This document shows, piece after piece, positions 39,295 to 49,433 of a stretch of DNA of 64,000 nt; position 1 is the first letter of the stretch; every line of letters starts with the position of its first letter. Origin of the DNA: Hyphomicrobiales bacterium. GTDB taxonomy: Bacteria; Pseudomonadota; Alphaproteobacteria; SPJN01. A program made the position numbers and the translations under genes. The stretch spans positions 78,635 to 142,634 of the forward strand of contig SPJN01000004.1 in the NCBI GenBank assembly GCA_006844605.1, given 5' to 3'. Under the pieces are notes generated by a model that saw only the letters and a list, made by a program, of their open reading frames with translations, had not been told where the DNA came from and searched no databases.

Positions 39295-39445
39295 AGGGAA
39301 TACGGTGCGCTCTGAATTTAGGGCAATTCCGCAACTGTCCCCGCAACTGTAATCGGTAAGTGGGCTGCCAAACCACTGTCTTGCAAAAGATGGGAAGGGG
39401 CCGCACCACGGTTGAGCCGAAAGTCAGGAAACCTTGCCGCCTGTC
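39295..39445 (+). ncRNA. Cobalamin (B12) riboswitch
   Basis: GGTGCGCTC...AGGGCAA...CCGCAACTGTAA...GGGAAGGGGCCGCACCACGG...AAGTCAGGAAACCTTGCCGCC: the B12-box AGTCAGGAAACCTTGCC fits rAGYCMGgAgaCCkGCc with one insertion; directly upstream of a TonB-dependent receptor and ABC importer. Confidence 0.55.
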
Positions 39446-39564
39446 CGTCCTCATGGCCGTCCGGGTTGAGCCTGCCATGTCGGAACTTTCCGAAGCGACG
39501 GATGAACCGCACATACCCAGTGGGTGTGTTGCTAATGTCGTTTTTGCGGAAAGAGGTGCTTTCC

Positions 39565-41403
39565 ATGACTTTATCACGTTGCGCGGTCGCCACGGCCATC
39601 GCCCTTTGTTCATTTTCAACCTATGCCGACGAACCGGCTGACGAAATTTTGATTGTCGGCTCACTCACCCCCATCAGCGCGGCAGAGCTTGGCGCGTCTG
39701 TCACTGTCTTTGATGCCGATGATATTCGCCAGCGGCAGGACTTCTTTTTGCCTGATCTTTTGCGCGGTATGCCGGGGGTTGCGATTACCCAATCGGGCGC
39801 AACCGGGTTGACGGAAATCAGAATTCGCGGTGCGGAGGCGGATCATTCACTGACGCTGCTTGATGGCATCGAAGTGACGGACCCTGCCTCAATCGGAACG
39901 GTGATCGACTATTCCCATCTATCGACTGCAAATGTCGGGCGGGTGGTTTTGTTGCGTGGGGCGCAAAGCTCATTTTATGGCGCGGACGCCTTGGGCGGTG
40001 TGATTGCCATCGAAACTCCCGCGCTGTTCGGACGTGATGATACCTATATTGAGGGGGAGGCAGGCTCCTTCGGGACGCGGCGCTATGGTGCCGGGCTGAC
40101 ACGCAGCAATGATAGTGTTGGCGTGCATGTGTCCTACAGCAATTATGAAACCGATGGCTTTAATGCGGTGACCAATGGGTCAGAAAAAGACAATGCGGAC
40201 CGTGAATTGCTGCACGCCAAACTGGGCATGAAACTGTCTGACGGGTTGGAGCTAAACATTGTTGGGCTGCGCAGTGATATTTTCACCAATACAGATGGCT
40301 TTGGCGGCGTTGATTCTAATACTGATCAGGTCGCTGTTGTGCGCAAGGCCGGGCGCGCAGCGCTGACCTATGAAACTGCTGACCGCAATTGGCGGATTGA
40401 TGCGGCAGCCCAACTGATGGCAAGCCAACAGGACTTTCTATTTGGTGGCTTTGCAGCCGCATCGGACGGGTTGCGCCAAAAGCGTGACCTGCAAGTGTCG
40501 CGCCGGTTTGTGGCGGGTAATTTTGAACATCGCGTGACCGCCGCCTATCAAACAGAGAAAGAAAGCGTCACCGCAGGCGGCAACAAGTTCCTGCGCCAAC
40601 AAAACAGCATTGTTGGTGAATATCGGCTTGTTACCAATGCTGGTCATGCAGGCAGTGTCAGCGTGCGCCATGACGATAATAAATCCTATGAAGATTTCAC
40701 CAGTTGGCGCGCACAGGCCGTTGTGCAATTGGCTGAGATGACACGCCTACACGCCAGTGCAGGCACAGGGATCAAGGCCCCTGACTTTACTGAGTTTTCA
40801 AACCAGTTTGGCTGTACACCCAATTTTGACCTGAAGCCGGAAAAAAGCCGTTCCTATGATGTCGGCGTGACCCATGATGTCGATCATCGCGCGGTAAGCG
40901 GGCAACTTGATGTGACCTATTTCGATGCGACCCTAGAGGATGAGGTGAAATTTTGTTTTGCCGCGCCGTTTTCCGCGCAATCAACCAATCAGGTGGGAGA
41001 GAGTAAGCGTAAGGGTATTGAAGTCAGCGGCGGCTTTATCCTGCCACATATGATCATGGCCGACCTGTCATATACTTGGCTTGACGCTGAGGAGCCGTCC
41101 GGTGTTGAAGAACCGCGCCGGCCTGAACATTCGGGCAGCCTTACCCTATCTCGCCATTTTGTGCAGGACCGTTTGCTGGCCAGCATGACCTATACCTATT
41201 CAGGCGATACGGTGGACAATAACCGTCAGGCCATTCGTGCCTATGATCTTGTTAATCTGGCACTTTCCTATAGCGTTTCGGATGAGGTGGCCCTGACTGC
41301 ACGGGCAACCAATCTGTTTGATGAAACATATGTAGAGGCTGTGGGTTTTGCCACGGCGGGACGAGGGGTCTTTGTTGGTTTGCGTGCCTCATTGGGTGAC
41401 TAA
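39565..41403 (+). CDS. btuB: TonB-dependent receptor, BtuB-like (vitamin B12 / corrinoid uptake)
   Basis: Signal peptide, TonB box-like EILIVGS, plug motifs (RGAQSSFYGADALGGVIAI); AAGAGG RBS before the ATG at 39565; B12 riboswitch in the leader. Confidence 0.7.
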   Translation: MTLSRCAVATAIALCSFSTYADEPADEILIVGSLTPISAAELGASVTVFDADDIRQRQDFFLPDLLRGMPGVAITQSGATGLTEIRIRGAEADHSLTLLDGIEVTDPASIGTVIDYSHLSTANVGRVVLLRGAQSSFYGADALGGVIAIETPALFGRDDTYIEGEAGSFGTRRYGAGLTRSNDSVGVHVSYSNYETDGFNAVTNGSEKDNADRELLHAKLGMKLSDGLELNIVGLRSDIFTNTDGFGGVDSNTDQVAVVRKAGRAALTYETADRNWRIDAAAQLMASQQDFLFGGFAAASDGLRQKRDLQVSRRFVAGNFEHRVTAAYQTEKESVTAGGNKFLRQQNSIVGEYRLVTNAGHAGSVSVRHDDNKSYEDFTSWRAQAVVQLAEMTRLHASAGTGIKAPDFTEFSNQFGCTPNFDLKPEKSRSYDVGVTHDVDHRAVSGQLDVTYFDATLEDEVKFCFAAPFSAQSTNQVGESKRKGIEVSGGFILPHMIMADLSYTWLDAEEPSGVEEPRRPEHSGSLTLSRHFVQDRLLASMTYTYSGDTVDNNRQAIRAYDLVNLALSYSVSDEVALTARATNLFDETYVEAVGFATAGRGVFVGLRASLGD

Positions 41404-42229
41404 ACTTACCCTGGTGTTAAGCGTGGTGCTGTCACTTGTGACGGCACCCGCCTTGGCGCGTCCACTGCGGGTTGTTTCGTTGAACCTGTGCAGCGATCAG
41501 CTGTTGATGGCGCTGGCGGATCGGGACCAAATAGCCTCTCTTAGTTTCTTTGCCGCTGATCCGCGCTTTTCGCTGATCACTGATCAAATCGAAGGGCTGC
41601 CCCTAAATCACGGATTGGCAGAGGAAGTGTTGGCACTGCGCCCTGATCTGGTGATCACCGGGAACTACACCGCGCGCTATGCCGTTCAACATATCAAGGC
41701 GTTGAACATTCCGATTGTTGAGCTTGCGCCCGCGCAGGATTTTGATCAAATCGCCGCCCGGCTTTTAACCGTGGGGCAGGCTATTGGGCAAACTGGCAGG
41801 GCGCAGGCCCTTGTCACGAGGATGCAAGCGCGCCTTGAAGAGGTTGACCGCATCAATGTTCAGCAGCCCTTGCGCGTTCTGTCATTTGCATCAGGTGGGG
41901 CGACAATTGGTGCGCCTAGCCTGTTCAACGCTGTCGTGACGCGGGCCGGGCACAGTAACTTGCCAGCGACAGAGCTAGGCATGGGCAGTTGGGGCCAAAT
42001 CGGGCTTGAAGGGATTATTCAATTGCAGCCTGATTTTGTATTGTTGGAAGGGTTGCGGCAGGAGCATAATTCCCTGACGCGCAACCTGATGCAGCATCGG
42101 GCAATTCGTAAATTACTGGCAACTGACAAGATGCGCCTTGCCCCGGTTGATGGTCGCCTGTGGTCCTGCGGTGGCCCCCATACTGTTGAGGCTGTGGCCG
42201 CCTTCAAATCATTGGGGGCAAATCAATGA
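41396..42229 (+). CDS. btuF: ABC transporter periplasmic substrate-binding protein (BtuF/FecB class)
   Basis: Signal peptide MTKLTLVLSVVLSLVTAPALA, cluster 8 SBP fold features; GTG start overlaps the btuB stop. Function inferred from the riboswitch context. Confidence 0.55.
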   Translation: MTKLTLVLSVVLSLVTAPALARPLRVVSLNLCSDQLLMALADRDQIASLSFFAADPRFSLITDQIEGLPLNHGLAEEVLALRPDLVITGNYTARYAVQHIKALNIPIVELAPAQDFDQIAARLLTVGQAIGQTGRAQALVTRMQARLEEVDRINVQQPLRVLSFASGGATIGAPSLFNAVVTRAGHSNLPATELGMGSWGQIGLEGIIQLQPDFVLLEGLRQEHNSLTRNLMQHRAIRKLLATDKMRLAPVDGRLWSCGGPHTVEAVAAFKSLGANQ

Positions 42230-43227
42230 CCGCGCGTCGCCTATCATTATTGTTACTGGTGCTGGCGGTGTTGGGGGCGCTTGGGTCGGCGTTTTTGGAA
42301 CGTGGCGCGATCAGTCTGTTTGGAGAGTATCAATTGCTGTTGGAGACCGACCCCGAAACCGCAGCCATATTGTTTTGGGACATTCGCCTGCCACGCGCCT
42401 TGTTGGCGTTGATGGTGGGGGCATCCCTTGGTCTATCCGGCGCGGCGCTGCAGGGGCTGACCCGCAATCCGCTGGCGGAGCCGGGCTTGATCGGTGCCTC
42501 AAGCGGTGCAGCGCTGGGCGCGGTCGCGATTTTCTATTTCGGCCTATTTGGCACAACAGGTCTTAGTTTGTTGAGCTTGCCTGTCGGTGGTTTGGTCGGT
42601 GCAGGACTGTCGATGATTGTGCTGGTTGCGCTGTGGGGTGATGACACCCGCATCGCGACGCTGGTCCTTGCCGGGGTTGCGATTAACGCGCTGACCAATG
42701 CATTTGTCGCCCTGTTGCTGACCGTTGCGCCAAGCCCCTTTGCAATTTATGAGATCATGTTTTGGATGATGGGGTCCCTCGCAGATCGTTCCTATGATCA
42801 TGTGTTGATCGCCTTGCCCTTTATGCTGGCCGGGTGGACGATGCTGCTGTTGTCCGGGCGCGGGCTTGATGCCATGACGCTTGGCCCGGAAAGCGCACGC
42901 AGCCTTGGCGTGTCGATCCGTCGAACCCGCTTTTTAACGGTGATGGGCACTGCGCTATGTGTTGGCGCTGCGGTCAGCGTGTCGGGTGTGATCGGCTTTG
43001 TGGGATTGGTGGTGCCCCATCTGGTGCGCCCCTTTACCGGGCACATGCCGGGGGCAAGCCTGTTGCCATCTGCCTTGGCGGGGGCTGTGTTGCTGGTCTT
43101 TGCCGATATTGGCGTGCGCATATTGACCCCGGGGGTTGAGCTGCGGTTGGGCGTTGTCACGGCCTTTATCGGTGTGCCGTTCTTTGTTCTGTTGTTGTTG
43201 CGGGCAAAGCGGGGGCTGCTTGCATGA
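42226..43227 (+). CDS. btuC: FecCD-family ABC permease (BtuC-like)
   Basis: 333 aa, ~9 TM, FecCD signature region (GLIGFVGLVVPHLVR). Confidence 0.7.
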   Translation: MTARRLSLLLLVLAVLGALGSAFLERGAISLFGEYQLLLETDPETAAILFWDIRLPRALLALMVGASLGLSGAALQGLTRNPLAEPGLIGASSGAALGAVAIFYFGLFGTTGLSLLSLPVGGLVGAGLSMIVLVALWGDDTRIATLVLAGVAINALTNAFVALLLTVAPSPFAIYEIMFWMMGSLADRSYDHVLIALPFMLAGWTMLLLSGRGLDAMTLGPESARSLGVSIRRTRFLTVMGTALCVGAAVSVSGVIGFVGLVVPHLVRPFTGHMPGASLLPSALAGAVLLVFADIGVRILTPGVELRLGVVTAFIGVPFFVLLLLRAKRGLLA

Positions 43228-43985
43228 CGACATTGTCGATACAAAACCTGTCGCTGACGATTGACCGAAACAGGCTGCTGGATGATGTCAGCCTGTCCAT
43301 TGGTACGGGTGAGCTTGTTGGATTGATCGGCCCCAACGGTGCCGGTAAGTCGAGCCTGCTGCGCGCCATCACAGGCAATTTACAAGGCTGGGAAGGCGCG
43401 ATTGATTTGGATGGTCAGCCGCTTGATGCTGTGTCCCGTCAGGACCGGGCAAAGGCGATTGCCTATCTGCCGCAAACCCATGAAGGGCTGTGGCCGATAT
43501 CCGGTCGGCGGCTGGTGATGTTGGGCCGCTTGCCCCATTTGGGGCCGTTCAGTGGCGCGACAGATCAAGATCATGCCTTGGTTGAGCAGATATTGCGGGA
43601 TGTCGATGCGCTGGCTTTCGCAGACCGCCCCGTCACGCATCTTAGCGGGGGGGAGCTGGCACGTATTTGGCTGGCCCGCGCTTTGGCAGTGCAAGCGCCG
43701 TTATTGCTGGCGGATGAGCCGATTGCCGCCCTTGATCCCGCGCATCAATTGGCAACCATGTCCTTGTTCCACAATGCCGTTAAACAGGGGCAGGGGGTGA
43801 TGGTCGTGTTACATGATTTGGGATTGGCGGCGCGCCTTTGTGATCGGTTGGTGCTGATGGACCGGGGCAAGGTCGTCGCAGATGGGACGCCCCAAAACGT
43901 GTTGACGGCGGACCGTGTGGCCGCCGTCTACAAAGTTCGATTGATCCGTGATGGATCAGGCGGTTTTAGCTTGCTGCCGCTGTAA
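43224..43985 (+). CDS. btuD: ABC transporter ATP-binding protein (BtuD/FecE-like)
   Basis: Walker A GPNGAGKSSLL, signature LSGGELAR, Walker B LLLADEP. Confidence 0.75.
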   Translation: MTTLSIQNLSLTIDRNRLLDDVSLSIGTGELVGLIGPNGAGKSSLLRAITGNLQGWEGAIDLDGQPLDAVSRQDRAKAIAYLPQTHEGLWPISGRRLVMLGRLPHLGPFSGATDQDHALVEQILRDVDALAFADRPVTHLSGGELARIWLARALAVQAPLLLADEPIAALDPAHQLATMSLFHNAVKQGQGVMVVLHDLGLAARLCDRLVLMDRGKVVADGTPQNVLTADRVAAVYKVRLIRDGSGGFSLLPL

Positions 43986-45420
43986 GCTGAACGCCGGCAC
44001 AAGGCATGGCAGGGGCTTCGCCCGTGAATGTCATGCGCAGGGTGCCGTTTTCATAGCTGCCTTCAATCTCACCACCATCAAGGCGGCGCAGGGCAAGCTG
44101 CCCATCAAGGCCATCAATCTGCACGGTCACTTCACCTGATGCAGGCAGATCACTGACCAGTGCGTAAACCGCGCCGTTCTTACCCCTTGTCAGGTTCAGT
44201 TCAGCGCCGTCCTTGGCGATCACAGTGCCGGGACCAAATGGCTTGCTGTCATAGACAGCCTCGTCATTGGCGCGCAGCCAGTCACCAACGGCCAGAATGC
44301 GGCTTGCCTGATCAGCGGGGATCTGGGCATGGCCATCGGGGCCGATGTTCAGCAGATAATTGCCGTTCCGTGCCACAACGCGGGCCAGGTCGGTAATCAA
44401 CTCATCAGATGACAGGAAGTCTTCTTCAGTTTCGGTGCGGTTATAGCCAAAGCCCCAACCAAGACCGCGTGTGGTTTCCCATTTCTTTTCCTGTGGTTCT
44501 TCAAAGAATGAGAATTCAGGCGTGCGGAAATCACTATGGGCGGGTTCTGCCCCCACCAAAGGCCCATCAAATTTTTTCATGGCCAGTTTGCCGAATTGGG
44601 TGGCAAGCCATTTTAGCGGCTGATAGCGGAAATATTTGTTGATCGGTTTGGCTGCCTGCCAACGGTCATTCACCACCCCGTCAGGGACGGCCTTATAATA
44701 ATCCTTGAACAGATCAGCCATGCCATCCATCAGCGGGTAGGAGATGTCGTTCCACAGGACGGACGGTTTATACCGTTCAATCAACTCGCGATAATGCGCA
44801 TCAACATAACGGTTATAGGCGGGGTCTGCGATTGTGGTCGCCAGCGTATCGACAGCAGATTCGATGCTGGTCGTCTCCCACGTCCAATCAAGACCGCCGG
44901 AATAATAGATGCCGAATTTCAACCCTTCGGCACGGACTGCATCTGCCAGTTCGCCGACAATATCGCGTTCTGATGACCAGCCCGGCTTATGGGGGTTTTC
45001 AACGTCAGACGGCCACAATGTGTAGCCATCATGATGCTTGGTCACCAACACAACATATTTGGCACCGGACTGTTTGAACAGCTTGGCCCATTCTTTGGCA
45101 TCGAACCCTTCCAGATTCTTTTCCCAAGGGGCGCGGAAATCCTCATAGGGCGCGTCGCCGTAATTTTCCTTGTGAAATGCGGCGGCAGAACTGCCCTCAA
45201 CCCGCATATTCTGCCAGTACCATTCCACATAGGGATTGTGCTTGATCAGATTTTCGAAGTCATTCTTCAATAGGTCAGGAAAATGCTGACCCTTTTCCGC
45301 ATAGGCGGGAATTGAATAGATGCCCCAATGGATAAAGATGCCGAACTTGCCGCCATCATACCAGTCTGGTACCTGCCGATCCTGAAGGTCCTCAAAACCG
45401 GGTTGAACTTTTTGTGCCAT
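43966..45420 (-). CDS. Alpha-L-fucosidase, glycoside hydrolase family 29
   Basis: GKFGIFIHWGIYSIPAY, YVVLVTKHHDGYTLWPS GH29 signatures. GAGGGGG SD serves the second ATG (MAQKVQ), so start set at 45420. Confidence 0.8.
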   Translation of the reverse strand: MAQKVQPGFEDLQDRQVPDWYDGGKFGIFIHWGIYSIPAYAEKGQHFPDLLKNDFENLIKHNPYVEWYWQNMRVEGSSAAAFHKENYGDAPYEDFRAPWEKNLEGFDAKEWAKLFKQSGAKYVVLVTKHHDGYTLWPSDVENPHKPGWSSERDIVGELADAVRAEGLKFGIYYSGGLDWTWETTSIESAVDTLATTIADPAYNRYVDAHYRELIERYKPSVLWNDISYPLMDGMADLFKDYYKAVPDGVVNDRWQAAKPINKYFRYQPLKWLATQFGKLAMKKFDGPLVGAEPAHSDFRTPEFSFFEEPQEKKWETTRGLGWGFGYNRTETEEDFLSSDELITDLARVVARNGNYLLNIGPDGHAQIPADQASRILAVGDWLRANDEAVYDSKPFGPGTVIAKDGAELNLTRGKNGAVYALVSDLPASGEVTVQIDGLDGQLALRRLDGGEIEGSYENGTLRMTFTGEAPAMPCAGVQLTAAAS

Positions 45421-45560
45421 GACAGAAGCCCCCTCTATCAATGTATTGAACTACAGCAATACCTATGTCATAGATTATTTACCCTGGCAAGCGCGCCATT
45501 TTGACGGAACTGCGGGCAATTGCCTATCGACATGCGTGATCACATGTCTATAACGGCGCC

Positions 45561-47408
45561 ATGGCACCTCCTTTACTGACATGTCGAGAAATCAATTTAA
45601 CCTTTGGTGGCAAGCCTTTGCTGGCTGGCGCGGAACTAATGGTAGAGCCGGGGGCACGCCTGTGTCTGGTTGGCCGTAATGGGTCGGGCAAGTCAACTTT
45701 GCTCAAAATCGCCGCAGGCATGGTGGAACCGGATAATGGGGACATATTCCTGCAGCCAGGCACGACAATCCGCTATTTGGCGCAGGAACCGGACCTAACC
45801 GGGTATGACACTGTGCGTGATTTCGTGCAGGCGGGTTTGGGGCCGACGGACGATCCCTATCGGGCGGACTATCTGCTGGGGTCATTGGATGTGAATCCTG
45901 AGGCTGACCCTGCCAATTTGTCAGGGGGCGAGGTACGCCGTGCTGCCCTTGCGCAAGTGTTGGCACCTGAACCTGACATCCTGATGCTGGATGAGCCGAC
46001 CAACCATCTTGATCTACCCATTATTGAATGGCTGGAAAGTGAGCTGAAGCAGTTTCGCGGCGCGCTGATCCTGATCAGCCATGACCGCCGCTTTTTGGAA
46101 AACCTGACCCGCAGCACCGTTTGGCTCGACCGGGGCCGGACCCGCACGCTGCAACAGGGCTTTGCCAAGTTTGAAGGCTGGCGCGATGAAGTGCTGGCGC
46201 AGGAACAAGAAGCAGCACACAAACTGTCACGCAAAATCGAACGCGAGGAAGACTGGGTACGTTATGGCGTGACCGCGCGCCGGAAACGGAATGTGCGCCG
46301 CATGGCGGGGTTGGATAATCTGCGTGAACAAAAGCGCGAGCTGACAGCCCATAACAGACAGGCACAAGAGAAGGTTAGCTTCTCAGTGAATGAGGGGCAG
46401 AAGTCCGGCAAGGCCGTGATAGAGGCCGAGCATGTCGGCCATAGCTGGCCGGGCAAGCTGATTGCGCAGGATTTTTCTATCCGCATCATGCGGGGTGACC
46501 GGATTGGTCTTGTTGGTCCCAATGGGTCAGGCAAGACCACGATGCTGAACATCCTGACCGGTGCGCTGGCCCCTGATATGGGGAAGGTGACGCTGGGTCA
46601 TAATCTACAAATGCTGACCATTGATCAAAAGCGTGAATCGCTCGACCCCGATACGTCATTGCGCGATGTGTTGACCGGCGGCGGTACCGACCTTGTGCAG
46701 ATCGCCGGTGGTGATGGAGAGGCAGCAGACAGCCGCCGTCATGTTGTGTCCTATATGAAGGACTTTTTGTTTGCCCCTGAACAGGCAGGCACGCCTGTGC
46801 GTGAATTGTCAGGGGGGGAACGTGGCCGGCTGATCCTTGCGCGTGCTTTGTGCAAGCCGTCAAACCTGTTGGTGCTTGACGAGCCGACCAATGATCTTGA
46901 TATGGAAACGCTGGACCTGTTGCAGGAACTGATCGCCGATTACCCCGGTACAGTTTTGCTGGTCAGCCATGACCGTGATTTTCTTGATCGCACGGTTGGT
47001 GCCGTCATCACGACAGAGGGTGAGGGTGATTGGACCGCCTATGCGGGCGGCTATTCAGATATGCTGCGCCAGCGCGGCGAAAAGATACGCGCACAAAACG
47101 CCGAAAAGAAAAAGGCGGTGGAAGCCAAAACGACAAGCGATAAGAATTCCCCCGGTAAATCATCATCCAAACGCAAGCTGTCCTATAAGGAACAATATGC
47201 GCTGGATAATTTGCCGGATGAAATCGCCACTTTGGAAGACAAAATACAAAGCCTGAAGGGTGAGCTTGCCGATCCCAATCTATTCTCAAAAAAGCCTGAG
47301 CGTTTTAACCAGGCGGTAGCGGAATTGGAAACGGCTGAGATTGATTTGGTCGCAAAAGAAGAAGAATGGCTGCGCCTTGAAATGCTGAAAGAAGAACTGG
47401 GCCTTTAG
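45561..47408 (+). CDS. ABC-F family ATPase (Uup/EttA-like, two ABC domains and a C-terminal coiled coil)
   Basis: Two Walker A motifs (GRNGSGKSTLL, GPNGSGKTTML), two LSGGE signatures, no TM domain; 615 aa. Confidence 0.8.
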   Translation: MAPPLLTCREINLTFGGKPLLAGAELMVEPGARLCLVGRNGSGKSTLLKIAAGMVEPDNGDIFLQPGTTIRYLAQEPDLTGYDTVRDFVQAGLGPTDDPYRADYLLGSLDVNPEADPANLSGGEVRRAALAQVLAPEPDILMLDEPTNHLDLPIIEWLESELKQFRGALILISHDRRFLENLTRSTVWLDRGRTRTLQQGFAKFEGWRDEVLAQEQEAAHKLSRKIEREEDWVRYGVTARRKRNVRRMAGLDNLREQKRELTAHNRQAQEKVSFSVNEGQKSGKAVIEAEHVGHSWPGKLIAQDFSIRIMRGDRIGLVGPNGSGKTTMLNILTGALAPDMGKVTLGHNLQMLTIDQKRESLDPDTSLRDVLTGGGTDLVQIAGGDGEAADSRRHVVSYMKDFLFAPEQAGTPVRELSGGERGRLILARALCKPSNLLVLDEPTNDLDMETLDLLQELIADYPGTVLLVSHDRDFLDRTVGAVITTEGEGDWTAYAGGYSDMLRQRGEKIRAQNAEKKKAVEAKTTSDKNSPGKSSSKRKLSYKEQYALDNLPDEIATLEDKIQSLKGELADPNLFSKKPERFNQAVAELETAEIDLVAKEEEWLRLEMLKEELGL

Positions 47409-47611
47409 TCCATCTTCGCAGGGCGGCACAATGGCGCGCTTGCATCCTTTCATTATTGGGCCTATATGCACCCCTAGTTGGGTGCCTTGCAGATGCGCCC
47501 CGCCCGCCGAAAGCCATGGCAATCTGCCTATTGGATGCGCTGATTTAAAAATCGTGGCGCTTCTTTCAGACCTTTATGGAGCGGGAAGGTCAGTTCTGAA
47601 AGGAGTATGTC

Positions 47612-48136
47612 ATGGAGCATCATGACCCTTTTGATAGTATGAAACGCTATGCCAAGCGCCTTGCAAAACAGGCGTCTGAAGACGGCATAGATCTGAAACA
47701 TCGTGAAGCCTTGGCCCAAATTGCCAAACAGATCGGCTTTAACGGTTGGTCCCATGCTGTGCATGTGATCGAAGGGAAAGAAACCCAAGATTACGGTACG
47801 TTGCTTTATGGCGCTGCCGGGGCAACCTATCCCAATATTTGGGAGGCTGATTTGGCACGCGCTCGCGCGATCAGGCAGGATCATGGGGGCATATTATTGC
47901 CCTACAAGACCCAGTTTTTGATTGTGGAGCCAAGCTATTTGGCAGCCCATGATATGCCTGCTGAATTGCCTGAATGGCAGTTGGTGGGTAGGGATTGGAC
48001 CGATCCGCAGGATATGGCGGCACGCACGCGCCTATATGGGTTGCGTGTGGCTGGTCATTTGGCGCGGTTGGGGCAAGTTGACGGGCCGCCCAAACGGGGC
48101 ACACCGTCTGCTGCAATTACCAACGCAGCGCGCTAG
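47612..48136 (+). CDS. Hypothetical protein
   Basis: 174-aa ORF with a strong AAAGGAG SD; no family recognised; followed by a TATGGCGG...CCGCCATA hairpin. Confidence 0.4.
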   Translation: MEHHDPFDSMKRYAKRLAKQASEDGIDLKHREALAQIAKQIGFNGWSHAVHVIEGKETQDYGTLLYGAAGATYPNIWEADLARARAIRQDHGGILLPYKTQFLIVEPSYLAAHDMPAELPEWQLVGRDWTDPQDMAARTRLYGLRVAGHLARLGQVDGPPKRGTPSAAITNAAR

Positions 48137-48206
48137 TGCTGCTACGATTGGGTTAGGTTTATGGCGGGGGGCGCTTGCCTTCCGCCATAATTTTGCGGCC
48201 ATCAGA

Positions 48207-48593
48207 TCAATCGAATGCCGTCGCCAAATAATCAATATAGTCTTCGTCGGTTCCGAAACGTGTACATGATTTGGCGCGTTCCACATATTTGTTAATCGTC
48301 GCCTGCTGTAGGGACCCGGTAGCCTGTGCCGCCGCAAAATCGATTTCAATTTCTTCGGCTGATTTATCGATCAGCAGGCCCCAGAGTTGTTGTTTTTCTT
48401 CTGGTCCGGTACCTATGAATATGTCGTACAACGCGGAATAAACTAGGTCGTGGGGCCTGCCGACATTCTGGGAAAATAGACTTTCATCAAAACCTTCTCG
48501 CTTGGTCAGTAAGTTTAAGGCGTATAAAAAATGTGTGCCGCTTAAACACTGTTGCAAATCCTTAATGGTCGTCCGGTTCCAGTCGCCCCACAC
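48207..48593 (-). CDS. Hypothetical small cytoplasmic protein (low-GC island)
   Basis: 128-aa ORF, GTG start, no signal peptide; last gene of the four-gene minus-strand cassette. Confidence 0.35.
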   Translation of the reverse strand: MWGDWNRTTIKDLQQCLSGTHFLYALNLLTKREGFDESLFSQNVGRPHDLVYSALYDIFIGTGPEEKQQLWGLLIDKSAEEIEIDFAAAQATGSLQQATINKYVERAKSCTRFGTDEDYIDYLATAFD

Positions 48594-48602
48594 AACATTG
48601 AT

Positions 48603-49433
48603 CTAGGTTTGTAGTGTGTCGGGGTTGATCTGAAAATCGAAGCAATAGTCAACTTGGGAAAGTTGGGTTTGTGGGGTGCTGTTTACCGGAAAGGGATACC
48701 ACGCGCCTTTAAGGCGATGTGGTGCAACTTGCGCAATTGTTTTGTCGAGTGTTGCGTGAAGGGCGATAAACTGGACCGGTGTGCCGGTGTCGGGTTTGGA
48801 TGTCATTTGCTGTGTCAGCCCATATGACAGTCCGGTTTTGCAAAGCTTGGCCTTCAGGGCTGCGCGCATAAGATCGTGACTTTGATCGGCCAGCAAAAAT
48901 TCATTTGGGTCATCGCTATATTCTTCGACAAAACTGCCAACAACGCCGGAATAGAAGGCAAGCGTGTATAAGGGAAAATTTGTGAGACGATAGCCGTTGG
49001 GGATGATGACTGCCAACAGCAGCGCAACAATCACTGTCGTTTCCTTATGGGATGACAGTGCCGCAAGGGCACAGATCAAAACGACAGGCAAAATTACGAC
49101 GGCAGAAATGTTGGAAACGATTTGGCCGCCGCCATGCCCAAGCACGTTATGGCCGACGGTCAATAAATACTCTGACACCGCAATTGTCACAAAGGCAACG
49201 ACCAGCACTGTTTTCATTACTTGCGATGGGGCTAGCTTAAACAAAAAACGGGCGACCAGAAACGTAAGCAGGGTGGTCGTTGCCAGTATTGGTATTGATA
49301 GAGCCAGATGCATAACCCCATCGTCGATATGAGAGGCGACTAGGTTTCTGATTGATGGATCGTCCACGTGCTTAACGGCTTTGCCTATTTTCCGCCAGAT
49401 CCATAAATGCAAACAAATAGCTCTGCGGATCAA
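48603..49433 (-). CDS. Hypothetical polytopic membrane protein (low-GC island)
   Basis: N-terminal ~150 aa with 4 predicted TM helices, C-terminal soluble domain. Start uncertain: 49433 overlaps the upstream gene by 62 nt; alternative ATG at 49313. Confidence 0.4.
   Translation of the reverse strand: MIRRAICLHLWIWRKIGKAVKHVDDPSIRNLVASHIDDGVMHLALSIPILATTTLLTFLVARFLFKLAPSQVMKTVLVVAFVTIAVSEYLLTVGHNVLGHGGGQIVSNISAVVILPVVLICALAALSSHKETTVIVALLLAVIIPNGYRLTNFPLYTLAFYSGVVGSFVEEYSDDPNEFLLADQSHDLMRAALKAKLCKTGLSYGLTQQMTSKPDTGTPVQFIALHATLDKTIAQVAPHRLKGAWYPFPVNSTPQTQLSQVDYCFDFQINPDTLQT

Noticed and set aside
39412-39564. Upstream part of the 663-aa track ORF for the BtuB-like receptor.
   Set aside because: This segment carries the B12-box and aptamer elements of a cobalamin riboswitch. 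The real start is the ATG at 39565, which has an AAGAGG RBS and an immediately following signal peptide.
45421-45560. Near-palindrome CATGCGTGATCACACATG-like element (GTGATCAC core) in the fucosidase / ABC-F divergent spacer as a regulator site.
   Set aside because: Only partially symmetric and not obviously linked to a regulator gene; too weak to call.
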